Shown here: one piece after another, positions 49,877 through 59,499 of the stretch
How the letters are laid out: each line of letters opens with the position of its first letter
Numbering within the stretch: the first letter of the stretch is position 1
From: Candidatus Saccharimonadota bacterium
GTDB lineage: Bacteria > Patescibacteriota > Saccharimonadia > Saccharimonadales > JAQGHD01
NCBI GenBank assembly: GCA_028288965.1
Contig: JAQGHD010000023.1
Coordinates: 7,249-71,248 of the forward strand
Direction of reading: 5' to 3'
DNA length: 64,000 nucleotides
The notes under the pieces: model-generated
The model's database searches: none
Told to the model about the DNA's origin: nothing
Seen by the model: the letters and a program-made list of their open reading frames with translations, nothing else
Program-made: the position numbers and the translations under genes

Positions 49877-50521
49877 TCAGTGAGCTTCCTTTTTCTTGTG
49901 GTCTTCTAAGAACCAAAAACTATTACGTTTGAGCTCTTTGTTGACATCGGCAAATTCTTTGTCCAGCAGAGCTACCATACGCGCCATAAGATTCTCGGGA
50001 TTATCATCATAGATGATCAAATGATCTCTGGGTGGCTGCAGTACTTTCATGAGTGATGGAATAATATCAGCCGCTCCACCACTATTGGTAAGCACGCCAA
50101 CTGGCTTATAGGCTTCGAGAGCTGTTACAAATTCGTGCAAACTGCCAAACCCACCTCCAACAGTAATAACGGCGTCGGAGGACTGAATTAAGAAGGTATC
50201 TCGGCCAACGTAATCCAGCCCGGTGTAATTAACAAAATCAAAATATCGTCTAGGCAAGCGGTACTTGCGAATATGCTCACGAACACTGCTAGCGGGAGAG
50301 AAGCCAATGCTTGTACCACCAGCGTCTTTGGCCCCTTTTGCAGCGAAATAGGGCAGCCCTACCGTTGCACCAGTAGTCAAGATGTGTCCGTGTTTGGCGA
50401 TTGAGGCTCCAAGCCGCTCAGCTAACTGCTTATCAGCGTCCACGGTGGTCCCGTTATGGGCTCCTGATATGCAAATAGAGTATTGCAATCTTTGGCTGTT
50501 GTCTGGATCAACTAAACTCAT
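49877..50521 (-). CDS. LOG/SLOG family Rossmann-fold protein
   Basis: LTTGATVG, GAKDAGG, GR..LIQSSDAVI.VGGGFGSLHE. Confidence 0.85.
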   Translation of the reverse strand: MSLVDPDNSQRLQYSICISGAHNGTTVDADKQLAERLGASIAKHGHILTTGATVGLPYFAAKGAKDAGGTSIGFSPASSVREHIRKYRLPRRYFDFVNYTGLDYVGRDTFLIQSSDAVITVGGGFGSLHEFVTALEAYKPVGVLTNSGGAADIIPSLMKVLQPPRDHLIIYDDNPENLMARMVALLDKEFADVNKELKRNSFWFLEDHKKKEAH

Positions 50522-51764
50522 AAGCTTCCACCATTAGTTGTTCGGTCTCGGTCATATGATTGTCAAGCTGCTCCAACACCTGTTCTTTTAGTGGCGGCTC
50601 GTCCATGTAGCGCATGAATAGCTCATCCCACAATGCTGAGCTTAAATGATAGGTGGCTTGCTTGCCGTAGGGCAAATTATTGCAGTAGCTTATGGCCAGA
50701 TCGAGTAAGTTTAGCGACAATACTTTTTTGCCGTCCATCACCCCAACGTAATCCAGCCCTTGCCAAAACTTTATGGCCGGCACTACCTTGGTCATGATTT
50801 CTTCGGCATGACGCCAGTGAAGATCTTCTGGCTGGACGTGCGGTTCAAACAACTCCGGATGCTGCTTAGGGCTCGTTTTGCCGAAGTAATGATGCACAAC
50901 GCGCCAGTGGACTTGCTGATCAGCCATGGTAATCGAGGCCGTGTGCTCGTCGGCCAATGCCCGGGCCACAATTTCTCCAAAGTTTGGCGTTACGTGCTGA
51001 AGTTTAGTAAAGGTACTATAGGTCCGAATTTCGCTGACATAGTGCAGTATTAAGGGAAAAGCAACCAGGGCCAGGCCCGGCAAATTTTTAACAGGCAGGG
51101 GCAAGATTGCCACCAGTCCGGCCTCTCGAACCAGCACCACATTATGATGTTGGCGTAGCAAATAATTTTGGGCGGCCTTGCCCCAACGCTTGGTATCCAG
51201 CACAGCAACGTGTACATCTCGTGTTTCAAAATCACTAGCCGTCAGCGACTTATAGCTAGAGGTAAAACTAGCCTGCCAACGCTTGCTTTCTAATATTTGC
51301 GCCGCTGCGCAAAGCTCGTCTATACGTTCACGCTTTAATAAAGAATCGATTGATTTGTAGCCCAGATATTTCATGACCGCTTTGGGCGGCTTGGATTTGA
51401 GCAGCTTCTTAAGTGTGCTGTGTTTGATTGCCCAGCAATTTCTCGCTAGTTTTAAACTATCTATTTCGTTCTTGATCTTTGCCAGAATCTCATCGGTGCT
51501 GGAGTTGCGCGTGCATTCTAAAGCACCAAGCAGTAGCTCGTCGTGCTGCTTAATCGTGTCTAGCAATGCGGCGTATAACTCCGGGGGCGTTGTATCGTTT
51601 GGATCAAGTCCTAAAGACGTGGTAACAGCACGCATTTTACTAATGATTTCAGCCACCAACCGCACATCGATATCGGGGTGTCCACTGGCAGTTTCAAGAT
51701 TACGCAATGAGGTCGTAAACAAAGGTTCTTTAGCACCCAACAACTGAGAGAGCATTCTCGCCAT
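50508..51764 (-). CDS. hypothetical protein
   Basis: About 418-aa ORF overlapping the LOG gene start; no family recognised. Confidence 0.75.
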   Translation of the reverse strand: MARMLSQLLGAKEPLFTTSLRNLETASGHPDIDVRLVAEIISKMRAVTTSLGLDPNDTTPPELYAALLDTIKQHDELLLGALECTRNSSTDEILAKIKNEIDSLKLARNCWAIKHSTLKKLLKSKPPKAVMKYLGYKSIDSLLKRERIDELCAAAQILESKRWQASFTSSYKSLTASDFETRDVHVAVLDTKRWGKAAQNYLLRQHHNVVLVREAGLVAILPLPVKNLPGLALVAFPLILHYVSEIRTYSTFTKLQHVTPNFGEIVARALADEHTASITMADQQVHWRVVHHYFGKTSPKQHPELFEPHVQPEDLHWRHAEEIMTKVVPAIKFWQGLDYVGVMDGKKVLSLNLLDLAISYCNNLPYGKQATYHLSSALWDELFMRYMDEPPLKEQVLEQLDNHMTETEQLMVEAYEFS

Positions 51765-51850
51765 AATTAAGCTTAAGCGTAGCATAAACAATTGGAGCTG
51801 GCCAGGTACTGCCTATGCTTAAATTGAATGGATGCCGTATACTGGCGAGC

Positions 51851-52489
51851 ATGAACAATTTAACCTCCACCCAAACCATGGCACGGGTTGCAGCTAATGC
51901 GTTGCCAATCTATCGGGGGTATAGAGGCTTTGCTACAGCCGAGCGACTTAAGAGCGATATGCAAGATCCAGCTGATCGTACCTGGCAGTTTGCCAGAAGA
52001 GTCGCTTTTGATGCCTCCACAGATATGGCAGACGGTGTGTTGGCGCGCATTGCTGGTGCTACAATATTGGGTGGCTTTCTTGATCAAATGGCCGATAAGT
52101 TTTGGTATCATTTACCCGTTCGTCAACTGGTCAAAAATGGCGAACTTTCACATTATCATGAAGATCTACCGCTCAGCCGGGATATAGGCGGTACCGCCAT
52201 TCGTCTATGGAAGTTAAGCCAGGGCCGGTCTGCCGATGCTAAGCGCTCGGGTAAAGATAAGTACATTATTCAGGCAACCGCTTTGACAAGCATTTGCTCG
52301 CCGATGGCAGTCATTGCGCCCGATTTAGTTCGCTCACTGTTTGACATTTCGGTTGGACTATCCGTAGTAAGTGGTTATGAAATGCTGCGTGATGTAAACA
52401 ACATTCTAGATGAGTATTCTGCCGAAGTCCCCGTGCTGCAAACAGTTAGTCGATTACTTGACTCCCAACTAGATGCCATAGCCGCCTAA
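51851..52489 (+). CDS. CDP-alcohol phosphatidyltransferase family protein (divergent)
   Basis: DMADGVLAR..GGFLDQMADK signature; later RD and GK.K motifs. Confidence 0.8.
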   Translation: MNNLTSTQTMARVAANALPIYRGYRGFATAERLKSDMQDPADRTWQFARRVAFDASTDMADGVLARIAGATILGGFLDQMADKFWYHLPVRQLVKNGELSHYHEDLPLSRDIGGTAIRLWKLSQGRSADAKRSGKDKYIIQATALTSICSPMAVIAPDLVRSLFDISVGLSVVSGYEMLRDVNNILDEYSAEVPVLQTVSRLLDSQLDAIAA

Positions 52490-53484
52490 AGGCGCTTTGG
52501 ATGATACCATTGTGGTGCCTCTTTTAAGAGGTGCGCCAACTGATGTTCGGTAAGCAGTCCGCGCTGAGCTCCCACTTGCTGGACTACGCTCATAGCGTTA
52601 ATCGGCGCCCACTGCAAGGCACCTTCTATGTTGCTGCCCTTCATGAGTGCCCCAACAAAAGTAGCCGAGAAAGCATCTCCGGCACCCGTTCGCTCAAATG
52701 GCGGCTTAGGATCAGGGTAGTTTGGCATTTGATAACGGCCCTCGGGTCCACTGGCGTAAGCTCCTCTTGGCCCATCAGTTATAACTACAATTTTTGGACC
52801 AAGTGCATGCAAATGATCAAACAAATTGTTTACATCTTCGTGCTTGCCGCCGCCAACCACGACGGCTTCTTCGCGGTTAAGTAGTAACACCTCAGTTTGT
52901 TTATAAATGCGCTCTAAGCGCTTGGCGCCAGCTTGCATCTGAAAAGTACCCGGTTGAAAGGCCAACTTTACCTCAGGATGCTTCTCCAGCCAATCGGCCA
53001 CATCATCATGAAAATCAATGGCGTTTTTGCTAATCGAACTAAAGTATAGCCACTGGGGAATCTCATTTGGTCGGAGGTGTGGCCAGTAATATTCATATTC
53101 TTCGTGCTTAATTAAAATAGTGCGCTCATCTTTGTACCACAGCACATAGTGATAATTGCTAATCTTATGTGGGTTGATTCGTACAAACCGGCTATCTACT
53201 TCATTGTCGTGCAAAGCATCGATCATGTCCCGGCCATACTTATCGCTGCCCACATTAGCTACCAAACCGCTTCCAAAACCAAGCCGAGCAAAGCATACAG
53301 CTGCATTGGCCGAGTTGCCAACGGCCTCGATCACCTCAGCATGGTCAAATGGTACCTTGGTGGCAAAAGGTAAACTCAAGCGGAGGCCTTTTTCAGTCTG
53401 GATAACCTGCCCCTCATTATCGAGCAGCTTTATAAAGGCATCGGTAACTATATCGCCCACACTTAGTACATCTAATGTCTTCAT
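52486..53484 (-). CDS. PfkB family carbohydrate kinase
   Basis: GNSANAAV, NREEA, ITDGPRGA, RTGAGDAF. Confidence 0.93.
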   Translation of the reverse strand: MKTLDVLSVGDIVTDAFIKLLDNEGQVIQTEKGLRLSLPFATKVPFDHAEVIEAVGNSANAAVCFARLGFGSGLVANVGSDKYGRDMIDALHDNEVDSRFVRINPHKISNYHYVLWYKDERTILIKHEEYEYYWPHLRPNEIPQWLYFSSISKNAIDFHDDVADWLEKHPEVKLAFQPGTFQMQAGAKRLERIYKQTEVLLLNREEAVVVGGGKHEDVNNLFDHLHALGPKIVVITDGPRGAYASGPEGRYQMPNYPDPKPPFERTGAGDAFSATFVGALMKGSNIEGALQWAPINAMSVVQQVGAQRGLLTEHQLAHLLKEAPQWYHPKRL

Positions 53485-53492
53485 TTGGCTCC

Positions 53493-54404
53493 TCAGACCT
53501 GTGCCTTATCGTGCGCATTAAACATTTTGAGTTTGCTCTCTACTACTTCTTGAACAGCATCAATGACCTGGCCCATGAGCTTTACAACTGCGTACTCGGT
53601 CTTGTTGGCTGCCAGGACGTCTTCCAGTGTTTTGCGGTAAGCCAAACGCATATCTGAATTGATATTTATCTTGCTGACACCGATTTTAACGGCCTCAACA
53701 AAATAGTGGCCTGGGGTACCGCTGCCGCCGTGCAAGGAAATGTTGCAGTCGATAGCTTGGCGAATTTGCTTAAGCAGTTCAATGTCGAGTATTTTGGGAG
53801 TTGGGTAAGCGCCGTGGAGGTTACCAATGGCAGCCGCGTAAGTATCTATGCCAGTGGCCTCTACAAAAGCTTTAGCTCCCTCTGGCGTACTAAAGGTCTT
53901 TTTAACTTCGGCATAGTCAAATTTCTCGGTGTGCACATTACTACTACCCTGGAAATAGTGTGGTTCGGCCTCTACCAGAGCGCCCGTCAGTTTGGCGTAT
54001 TGGACCACTTCTTTGGTCAGCGAGATAATAGCTTCATCGCTGGCGTTATGATCGGCCTGGGACACATCTATATGAATAAATTCAAATCCCGCCTCAATAC
54101 CAGCTTTAGCGTCTTTTACAGATGGTGAGTGGTCAAGATTGATGTACATTTCAACCTGATATTTAGCCTTGTAGTTATCAACCATATCCCGGATGTTATC
54201 GAGTCCCATGGCGTCAACTTCACCTTGGCTGACTTCCACTAACACTGGAGCCTTCAATTTGGCGGCCGCACGGGCCACAGCAATCAACGTTTCTTGGTTG
54301 TCCAGGTTAAACGCCCCCAGGGCAAAATGCTCGCGACGGGCTCGGACAAACGCCCCGCGGGCCTTTTGGCAGTTTTCACGGACTTGACGTATGGTTAAAG
54401 GCAT
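53493..54404 (-). CDS. fba: class II fructose-bisphosphate aldolase
   Basis: GAFN, NLDH, AIGNLHG, LHGGSG, KININSD. Confidence 0.93.
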   Translation of the reverse strand: MPLTIRQVRENCQKARGAFVRARREHFALGAFNLDNQETLIAVARAAAKLKAPVLVEVSQGEVDAMGLDNIRDMVDNYKAKYQVEMYINLDHSPSVKDAKAGIEAGFEFIHIDVSQADHNASDEAIISLTKEVVQYAKLTGALVEAEPHYFQGSSNVHTEKFDYAEVKKTFSTPEGAKAFVEATGIDTYAAAIGNLHGAYPTPKILDIELLKQIRQAIDCNISLHGGSGTPGHYFVEAVKIGVSKININSDMRLAYRKTLEDVLAANKTEYAVVKLMGQVIDAVQEVVESKLKMFNAHDKAQV

Positions 54405-54471
54405 TTCCCACCCTTTATGTTTGCTAAAACTTGCTTATGGTTTCAAGCATACCATATAATGCTAGCCAAAG

Positions 54472-55113
54472 ATGCTATCAAAACTAAAAAAAATTCACTT
54501 TGAGCGTCAGCAAATCAAGCTGGCGTTACTTTGGGCGGTACCAACGGGCCTGGAAGTCTTTGTTTACATTTTTGTTGCCATTGTAACAGTTACCGTCTGT
54601 AACCTCAGCTTCTTTAAACAGAGCCTGTTTATCCCAAATAACCTCAACCCTTATAACTCTACACTTGATTCCATTAACCAGCTTGTCCAAAAAATCTTTG
54701 GCGAGCGTATTGCCGGTTCCTTGAGCCTGGGTATTTTCTGGGGACTGGTCGGTATGATTGTTTACGTCATTATTTGGCTGCTGCAAAACTTTTCTACCGA
54801 ACTTAATAACGATTTAGCCATGACCAAGTATATTGTGCCGCGCGGCGGTGATCCGGAATCGCCAATTAGAAGTTTTTTGTCACTGAGTTTGTTCCGTTTC
54901 ATGATACTGCTCTTGTTTATTTTTTACGTAAACCTTGTTTTTAGGGCGCTGCTACCCCGTTGGTTACAGCACTACCAAGGTCTGACGCACAATTGGCCAC
55001 ATAGCCGATATATGTGGGGCGCAGTATTTAGCATGATAGGGCAAATCATTACCCTGCATGGCTTTGTGGTCTTTACGCGACTCTTATTCCTACGAAAACG
55101 AATCTTTGGCTAG
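54472..55113 (+). CDS. membrane protein of unknown function
   Basis: About four hydrophobic segments; TATAAT at 54455-54460. Confidence 0.7.
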   Translation: MLSKLKKIHFERQQIKLALLWAVPTGLEVFVYIFVAIVTVTVCNLSFFKQSLFIPNNLNPYNSTLDSINQLVQKIFGERIAGSLSLGIFWGLVGMIVYVIIWLLQNFSTELNNDLAMTKYIVPRGGDPESPIRSFLSLSLFRFMILLLFIFYVNLVFRALLPRWLQHYQGLTHNWPHSRYMWGAVFSMIGQIITLHGFVVFTRLLFLRKRIFG

Positions 55114-56084
55114 GCTTTTTTTACGAGATCGTGGGCGGCAATCATAATGTGCTTGGCAGTCAGGCCAAAGTGCTCGAGTAACTCAGCTGGTTCACCAGAT
55201 TCCCCAAACCTGTCTCGCATGCCCAAACGCTTAATTGGCACCGGAAATTCTTCGCCTAAAAGTTCCGCGACTGCTCCTCCAAGCCCACCGTTAATCTGGG
55301 CCTCTTCTATTGTCAAAACGTGTTTGGTCTTGTGAACGCTTTTTAAAATAGTTACGCCGTCTAGCGGCTTAATTGTTGGGACATGGACCACCTCAGCATC
55401 AATACCGGTGCTAAATAGGCGCTCGGCAGCAATCAAGGCGTGATAGGTCATAGTCCCGGTGCTAATAATGGTGAGGTCCGTGCCTTCGGCATAGACATAG
55501 GCCTTACCGATTTCAAACGGCGTGTCTTTAGTGGTTAGAATAGGCGTGGCTTCGCGGGCTACCCGTAAATAGTTTGGCCGCTTGTCTATGGCCATAGCCA
55601 GCGTGGCTTTCTCGGACTCTAGACTATCTCCCGGCACAATCACCACCATATTTGGCAGCACCCGCATCAGCGCAATATCCTCGAGCATTTGGTGGGTAGC
55701 GCCATCGGCACCAGTGTATAAACCAGCGTGCGAACCAATAATCTTTACTGGCCGATCATTTAAACAAATAGTGGTCCTGATCTGCTCCCAGTTACGACCC
55801 GGACTAAAAGCTGCGTAGGACGATACAAATGGAATTTTACCTTGAGCAGCTAACCCGGAGCCAACCGTCACTAAGTTTTGCTCAGCAACGCCTACTTGCA
55901 CAAACCGCTCCGGAAAGGCATCGGCAAACATATTAATTTGGGTAGAACTAGTCAGATCGGCACAGAGCGCTACGACTCGTTCGTCTCGACGACCGGCTTC
56001 CAGTAGCCCCCGTCCAAAACCTTTTCTAATGGGGTCATAGTCGGGTTTGTGGTAAATATTGGTGGCCAGGTGTAAATCACTCAT
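55110..56084 (-). CDS. transketolase, C-terminal (pyrimidine-binding) subunit
   Basis: GVAEQN, DGATHQ, IKPLD, RFGESG; start MSDLH overlaps N-subunit stop. Confidence 0.94.
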   Translation of the reverse strand: MSDLHLATNIYHKPDYDPIRKGFGRGLLEAGRRDERVVALCADLTSSTQINMFADAFPERFVQVGVAEQNLVTVGSGLAAQGKIPFVSSYAAFSPGRNWEQIRTTICLNDRPVKIIGSHAGLYTGADGATHQMLEDIALMRVLPNMVVIVPGDSLESEKATLAMAIDKRPNYLRVAREATPILTTKDTPFEIGKAYVYAEGTDLTIISTGTMTYHALIAAERLFSTGIDAEVVHVPTIKPLDGVTILKSVHKTKHVLTIEEAQINGGLGGAVAELLGEEFPVPIKRLGMRDRFGESGEPAELLEHFGLTAKHIMIAAHDLVKKA

Positions 56085-56973
56085 GCTCGCTCCTAATTTT
56101 GCCGCGCAAAGTGCGAAGTTCGTGCAAAGCAACCTTGGCTTGCTCGTTTTTAGGTGGTGCACCGCCAACGTCTTGGGCACCCACAGGAATGCCGTGCCAA
56201 TGATAGTCATACTCCATAAAATCCACACCCTTACCCGGCACGGTATGGGCAATAATAGCTACTGGTTTTTCAACAATGGCCCGAGCCATGGCACAGGCGT
56301 CTATGACGGCCTCCATGTCATTCCCGTCAATCTCTATAACGTGCCAGCCAAAGGCTTCCCACTTGGCTGTTAGGTCTTCTAGCGGCATAACGTGCTCGGT
56401 AGTACCATCTATTTGAATGTTATTACGGTCAATGATAGCTATCAGGTTATTGAGCTTATACTTAGCGATCAGCATAGCTGCTTCCCAGATATTACCTTCA
56501 TCTAATTCCCCATCACCGGTGGTTACGTACACCCAGCGATGGTTGTCATGATTCATTTTCATCGACAGTGCCATACCAGCCGCTTGGCTGAGTCCACTGC
56601 CTAAGGGCCCGCTCGTTGTTTCTAGCCCCGGCAAAAGTTTACGCTCGGGGTGTCCTTGCAGCCGCGAGCCAAATTTCCGCAAGGTTTTGAGCTCTTTTTT
56701 ATCGAAATAGCCGGCATTAGCCAAGGTAGCGTAGACCACCGGAGCAACGTGCCCGTTACTAACCACCAAAATATCGCGCTGATCCCAATTGGGCTTTAAT
56801 GGATCGTGTTTTAATACATCAAAATAGAGTGCCGTGAAAATATCTGCTAGATCGAGCGGGCCAGCACTATGGCCGCTGCCGGCTTCGAGCAACATTTTAA
56901 TAATGTCTTGCCGAATAGTGTTGGCAATTAACTCAAGCTCCGCCGTTGTATATGACTTTTTGTTGTTTGTCAT
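56077..56973 (-). CDS. transketolase, N-terminal (TPP-binding) subunit
   Basis: SGH, SNGH, LQGHP, GPLGSG, GDGELDEG...NNIQIDG. Confidence 0.95.
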   Translation of the reverse strand: MTNNKKSYTTAELELIANTIRQDIIKMLLEAGSGHSAGPLDLADIFTALYFDVLKHDPLKPNWDQRDILVVSNGHVAPVVYATLANAGYFDKKELKTLRKFGSRLQGHPERKLLPGLETTSGPLGSGLSQAAGMALSMKMNHDNHRWVYVTTGDGELDEGNIWEAAMLIAKYKLNNLIAIIDRNNIQIDGTTEHVMPLEDLTAKWEAFGWHVIEIDGNDMEAVIDACAMARAIVEKPVAIIAHTVPGKGVDFMEYDYHWHGIPVGAQDVGGAPPKNEQAKVALHELRTLRGKIRSEHE

Positions 56974-57030
56974 CCTGCTTATGGATTATAACATCGATGG
57001 CTGTTATCTTAAACCAAGCTGGTCGAGGGG

Positions 57031-57666
57031 CTAGTGAGACACCAAAGAGTACAGGGTGTGATATGCCTCACGGGGATTGCGTGACTTATGGATGTAGCCG
57101 CCAACGTTTAAAACCTGGACACCGCCGAGTGCCAGGCGACGAGCATTTTGGGCATTGATACCACCATCCCAGGCAATTTCTATATGGGGTTTGAGTTTGC
57201 GGAGTTGCTCGACTTTATTTAAGAGATGGAAATCAACATGTCCGCCAAAGTGACCCAGCTCACCGCTAAATACCAGCACGTGATCGATGTAATCTAGGGC
57301 GCCGACAATGTTTTCGACTGGCGTGTCCTGCAAAAGTGCCACACCTACTCGCACATCGGCTTGGTGAATATGAGCAGCCAAATCAAAAAAGTTTCCCTGG
57401 GACTCGGCGTGAATAATAATCAGATCGGGATGTAGTGGTAAAACGGCTTCAATGGCGGGCGCTGGATCCTGATACATGATGTGGACATCCACATCTATGC
57501 CAGCTGGCCACCAGATGCGCATTGGATCGAGCAAGGTGATCGGAGCTAGCTGCCCGTCAGCCAAATCAATATGCAGCCGCCGCGCAAAAGAAGCGACATC
57601 GTGCATTTGTTGACGGTAGACCGCTGGAGTTTCAGCAGTAATCGTAGGGCAAACTACCGCGCTCAT
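57031..57666 (-). CDS. rpe: ribulose-phosphate 3-epimerase
   Basis: LHIDLADG, DVHIM, IIHAE, GHFGG, WDGGIN. Confidence 0.9.
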   Translation of the reverse strand: MSAVVCPTITAETPAVYRQQMHDVASFARRLHIDLADGQLAPITLLDPMRIWWPAGIDVDVHIMYQDPAPAIEAVLPLHPDLIIIHAESQGNFFDLAAHIHQADVRVGVALLQDTPVENIVGALDYIDHVLVFSGELGHFGGHVDFHLLNKVEQLRKLKPHIEIAWDGGINAQNARRLALGGVQVLNVGGYIHKSRNPREAYHTLYSLVSH

Positions 57667-57884
57667 TTCATAAGGAAGTACAGGGCAACAGCCAGAATAA
57701 CGACAACCACTACCACGCCGACAATTAAGCCTGTCTTTGAACTTTTTGGACTGACTGTTGGTTGGGCTGAAGGCGTAACTGGTGGTGTATCATCTGGAGC
57801 GATATCCGGTGATGGGGTTGGTGAGGCCGGTGGAGCAGCTGGCTGATCCCCGGTTGGTGGCACTGGTGTTTGATTTGGATCCAT
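57663..57884 (-). CDS. small proline-rich protein with C-terminal TM anchor
   Basis: AAAGGA RBS, Pro/Thr-rich N-terminus, hydrophobic tail, ATGA overlap with rpe. Confidence 0.7.
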   Translation of the reverse strand: MDPNQTPVPPTGDQPAAPPASPTPSPDIAPDDTPPVTPSAQPTVSPKSSKTGLIVGVVVVVVILAVALYFLMK

Positions 57885-57947
57885 AAAGAGTTCCTTTCGC
57901 TACGTTTTTCTAGCTTTAGTAAAGCATAAACGCTGTCAATGGTCGAG

Positions 57948-58394
57948 TTAGTTCAATTCATCCATCTGTTTTATGCGACGCACAAACCGAGCACTAGCCG
58001 CAAACGGTGTGTTCAGCCAGGTTTCGACGATTAACGGCGCATCTTCTTTTTTAAGCTGGTTGCTGGGCAGACAGAGGACATTGCTGTCATCGTCATTACG
58101 GGCCGCACGCGCCTCGGCTTGATTCCACACCAAACTGGCGCGAATACCCTTAAAGCGATTAGCCGCCATGCACATCCCCTGGCCGCTACCGCAAATTAAA
58201 ATACCTTTTGCCTCGTTGTCGTCACTAGCCAGCAAGCCTGAGATAACCTTTCCAGCAAATACCGGGAAATCATCATCTGGGTCTAGTTTGGTATCACCCT
58301 GGTCGACTACTTCATAACCAGCTCGTTTAAGATACTCAATTAGAAAATTATGTAGCTGGAATCCATTGTGGTCGGTGCCGATAAATAGCTTCAC
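57948..58394 (-). CDS. rpiB: ribose-5-phosphate isomerase B
   Basis: GTDHNG, ICGSGQGM..ANRFKGIRA, NVLCL, RFVRR; GTG start 58394. Confidence 0.93.
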   Translation of the reverse strand: MKLFIGTDHNGFQLHNFLIEYLKRAGYEVVDQGDTKLDPDDDFPVFAGKVISGLLASDDNEAKGILICGSGQGMCMAANRFKGIRASLVWNQAEARAARNDDDSNVLCLPSNQLKKEDAPLIVETWLNTPFAASARFVRRIKQMDELN

Positions 58395-58399
58395 GCGAG

Positions 58400-59425
58400 T
58401 TATCCTTTGTGACCATGATGCAAAAATCGGCCAATATCGGCCACAACTTCCACCAGCCGATTGCTGTAGCCCCACTCGTTGTCATACCAAGCCACAACCT
58501 TCAGCATATTGTCACCAATCACGGCTGTTAGTTTAAGGTCAACAATCGCCGAGTGGCTGTTGCCAATAAAGTCGCTGCTGACCAATTCTTCTTCGGTTAC
58601 CGCTAAAATGCCTTGATAGTAGGGCTCTTTGGCAGCTTTTTTGAAGGTTTCGTTGACCATTTCTACCGTTACTGGGTTTTTGGTGATAATCACAAAGTCG
58701 CTGAGCGAGACCACCGGTGTTGGCACCCGCACACTCATGCCGCCAAAGATGCCTTCCAGGGCCGGCAAGGCCTTAGCCGCGGCAATTGAAGCGCCAGTGG
58801 TGGTCGGAACGATATTTTCGGCCGCATTGCGGGCCTCACGCAAGTCTTTGGCCGGGGCATCCTGCAATTTTTGACTGGCCGTGTAGCTGTGGACGGTGGT
58901 CATCATGGCTTTATCTATGCCAAAAGCATTCTCTATCACCGCCGCCACTGGCGTAATACAGTTGGTAGTACACGAGGCGTTGCTAATGATATCTTCCGCT
59001 GTTTCGAGTTTGTCCTCATTGACACCTAGTACCACCGTGGTAGCTCCTTCACCCTTAGCAGGTGCAGAGATAACTACCTTTTTGGCACCGGCTGTAACAT
59101 GTGCCTTGGCTTTGGCTGGGTCGACAAAGAAACCAGTTGATTCAATCACTACATCAATGCCCAATTCCTTCCAAGGGAGTTTAGCCGGATCCATTTCGGC
59201 CAGCACCTTTACGTGATGATCTTTAACCGTGATACCTTTATCATCATGGCCAACTTGGTGCTCGTAGGTCCCATAGTTACTGTCGTGCTTGAGTAAGTGA
59301 GCCAGTGTTTTGGTGTCAGTTAGGTCGTTAATGGCTACTATTTCTAAGTCAGTTCGTTCAAATGCAACTTTGAATGCATTCCGGCCAATTCTGCCAAAAC
59401 CGTTAATTGCCACTTTGGTTTTCAT
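58400..59425 (-). CDS. gap: type I glyceraldehyde-3-phosphate dehydrogenase
   Basis: INGFGRIGR, SNASCTTNC, WYDNEWGYS. Confidence 0.98.
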   Translation of the reverse strand: MKTKVAINGFGRIGRNAFKVAFERTDLEIVAINDLTDTKTLAHLLKHDSNYGTYEHQVGHDDKGITVKDHHVKVLAEMDPAKLPWKELGIDVVIESTGFFVDPAKAKAHVTAGAKKVVISAPAKGEGATTVVLGVNEDKLETAEDIISNASCTTNCITPVAAVIENAFGIDKAMMTTVHSYTASQKLQDAPAKDLREARNAAENIVPTTTGASIAAAKALPALEGIFGGMSVRVPTPVVSLSDFVIITKNPVTVEMVNETFKKAAKEPYYQGILAVTEEELVSSDFIGNSHSAIVDLKLTAVIGDNMLKVVAWYDNEWGYSNRLVEVVADIGRFLHHGHKG

Positions 59426-59499
59426 GTATCACCCCCGTCGTTTAGCTTTTTTCGCGTTGTACTCATTAAAGCATAAGAAATTTAAGGCAATTTGTCACC

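Noticed and set aside
55110..56973. Split transketolase as a frameshifted pseudogene
   Set aside because: Two-subunit transketolases are a known architecture; both halves have intact motifs and coupled stop/start.
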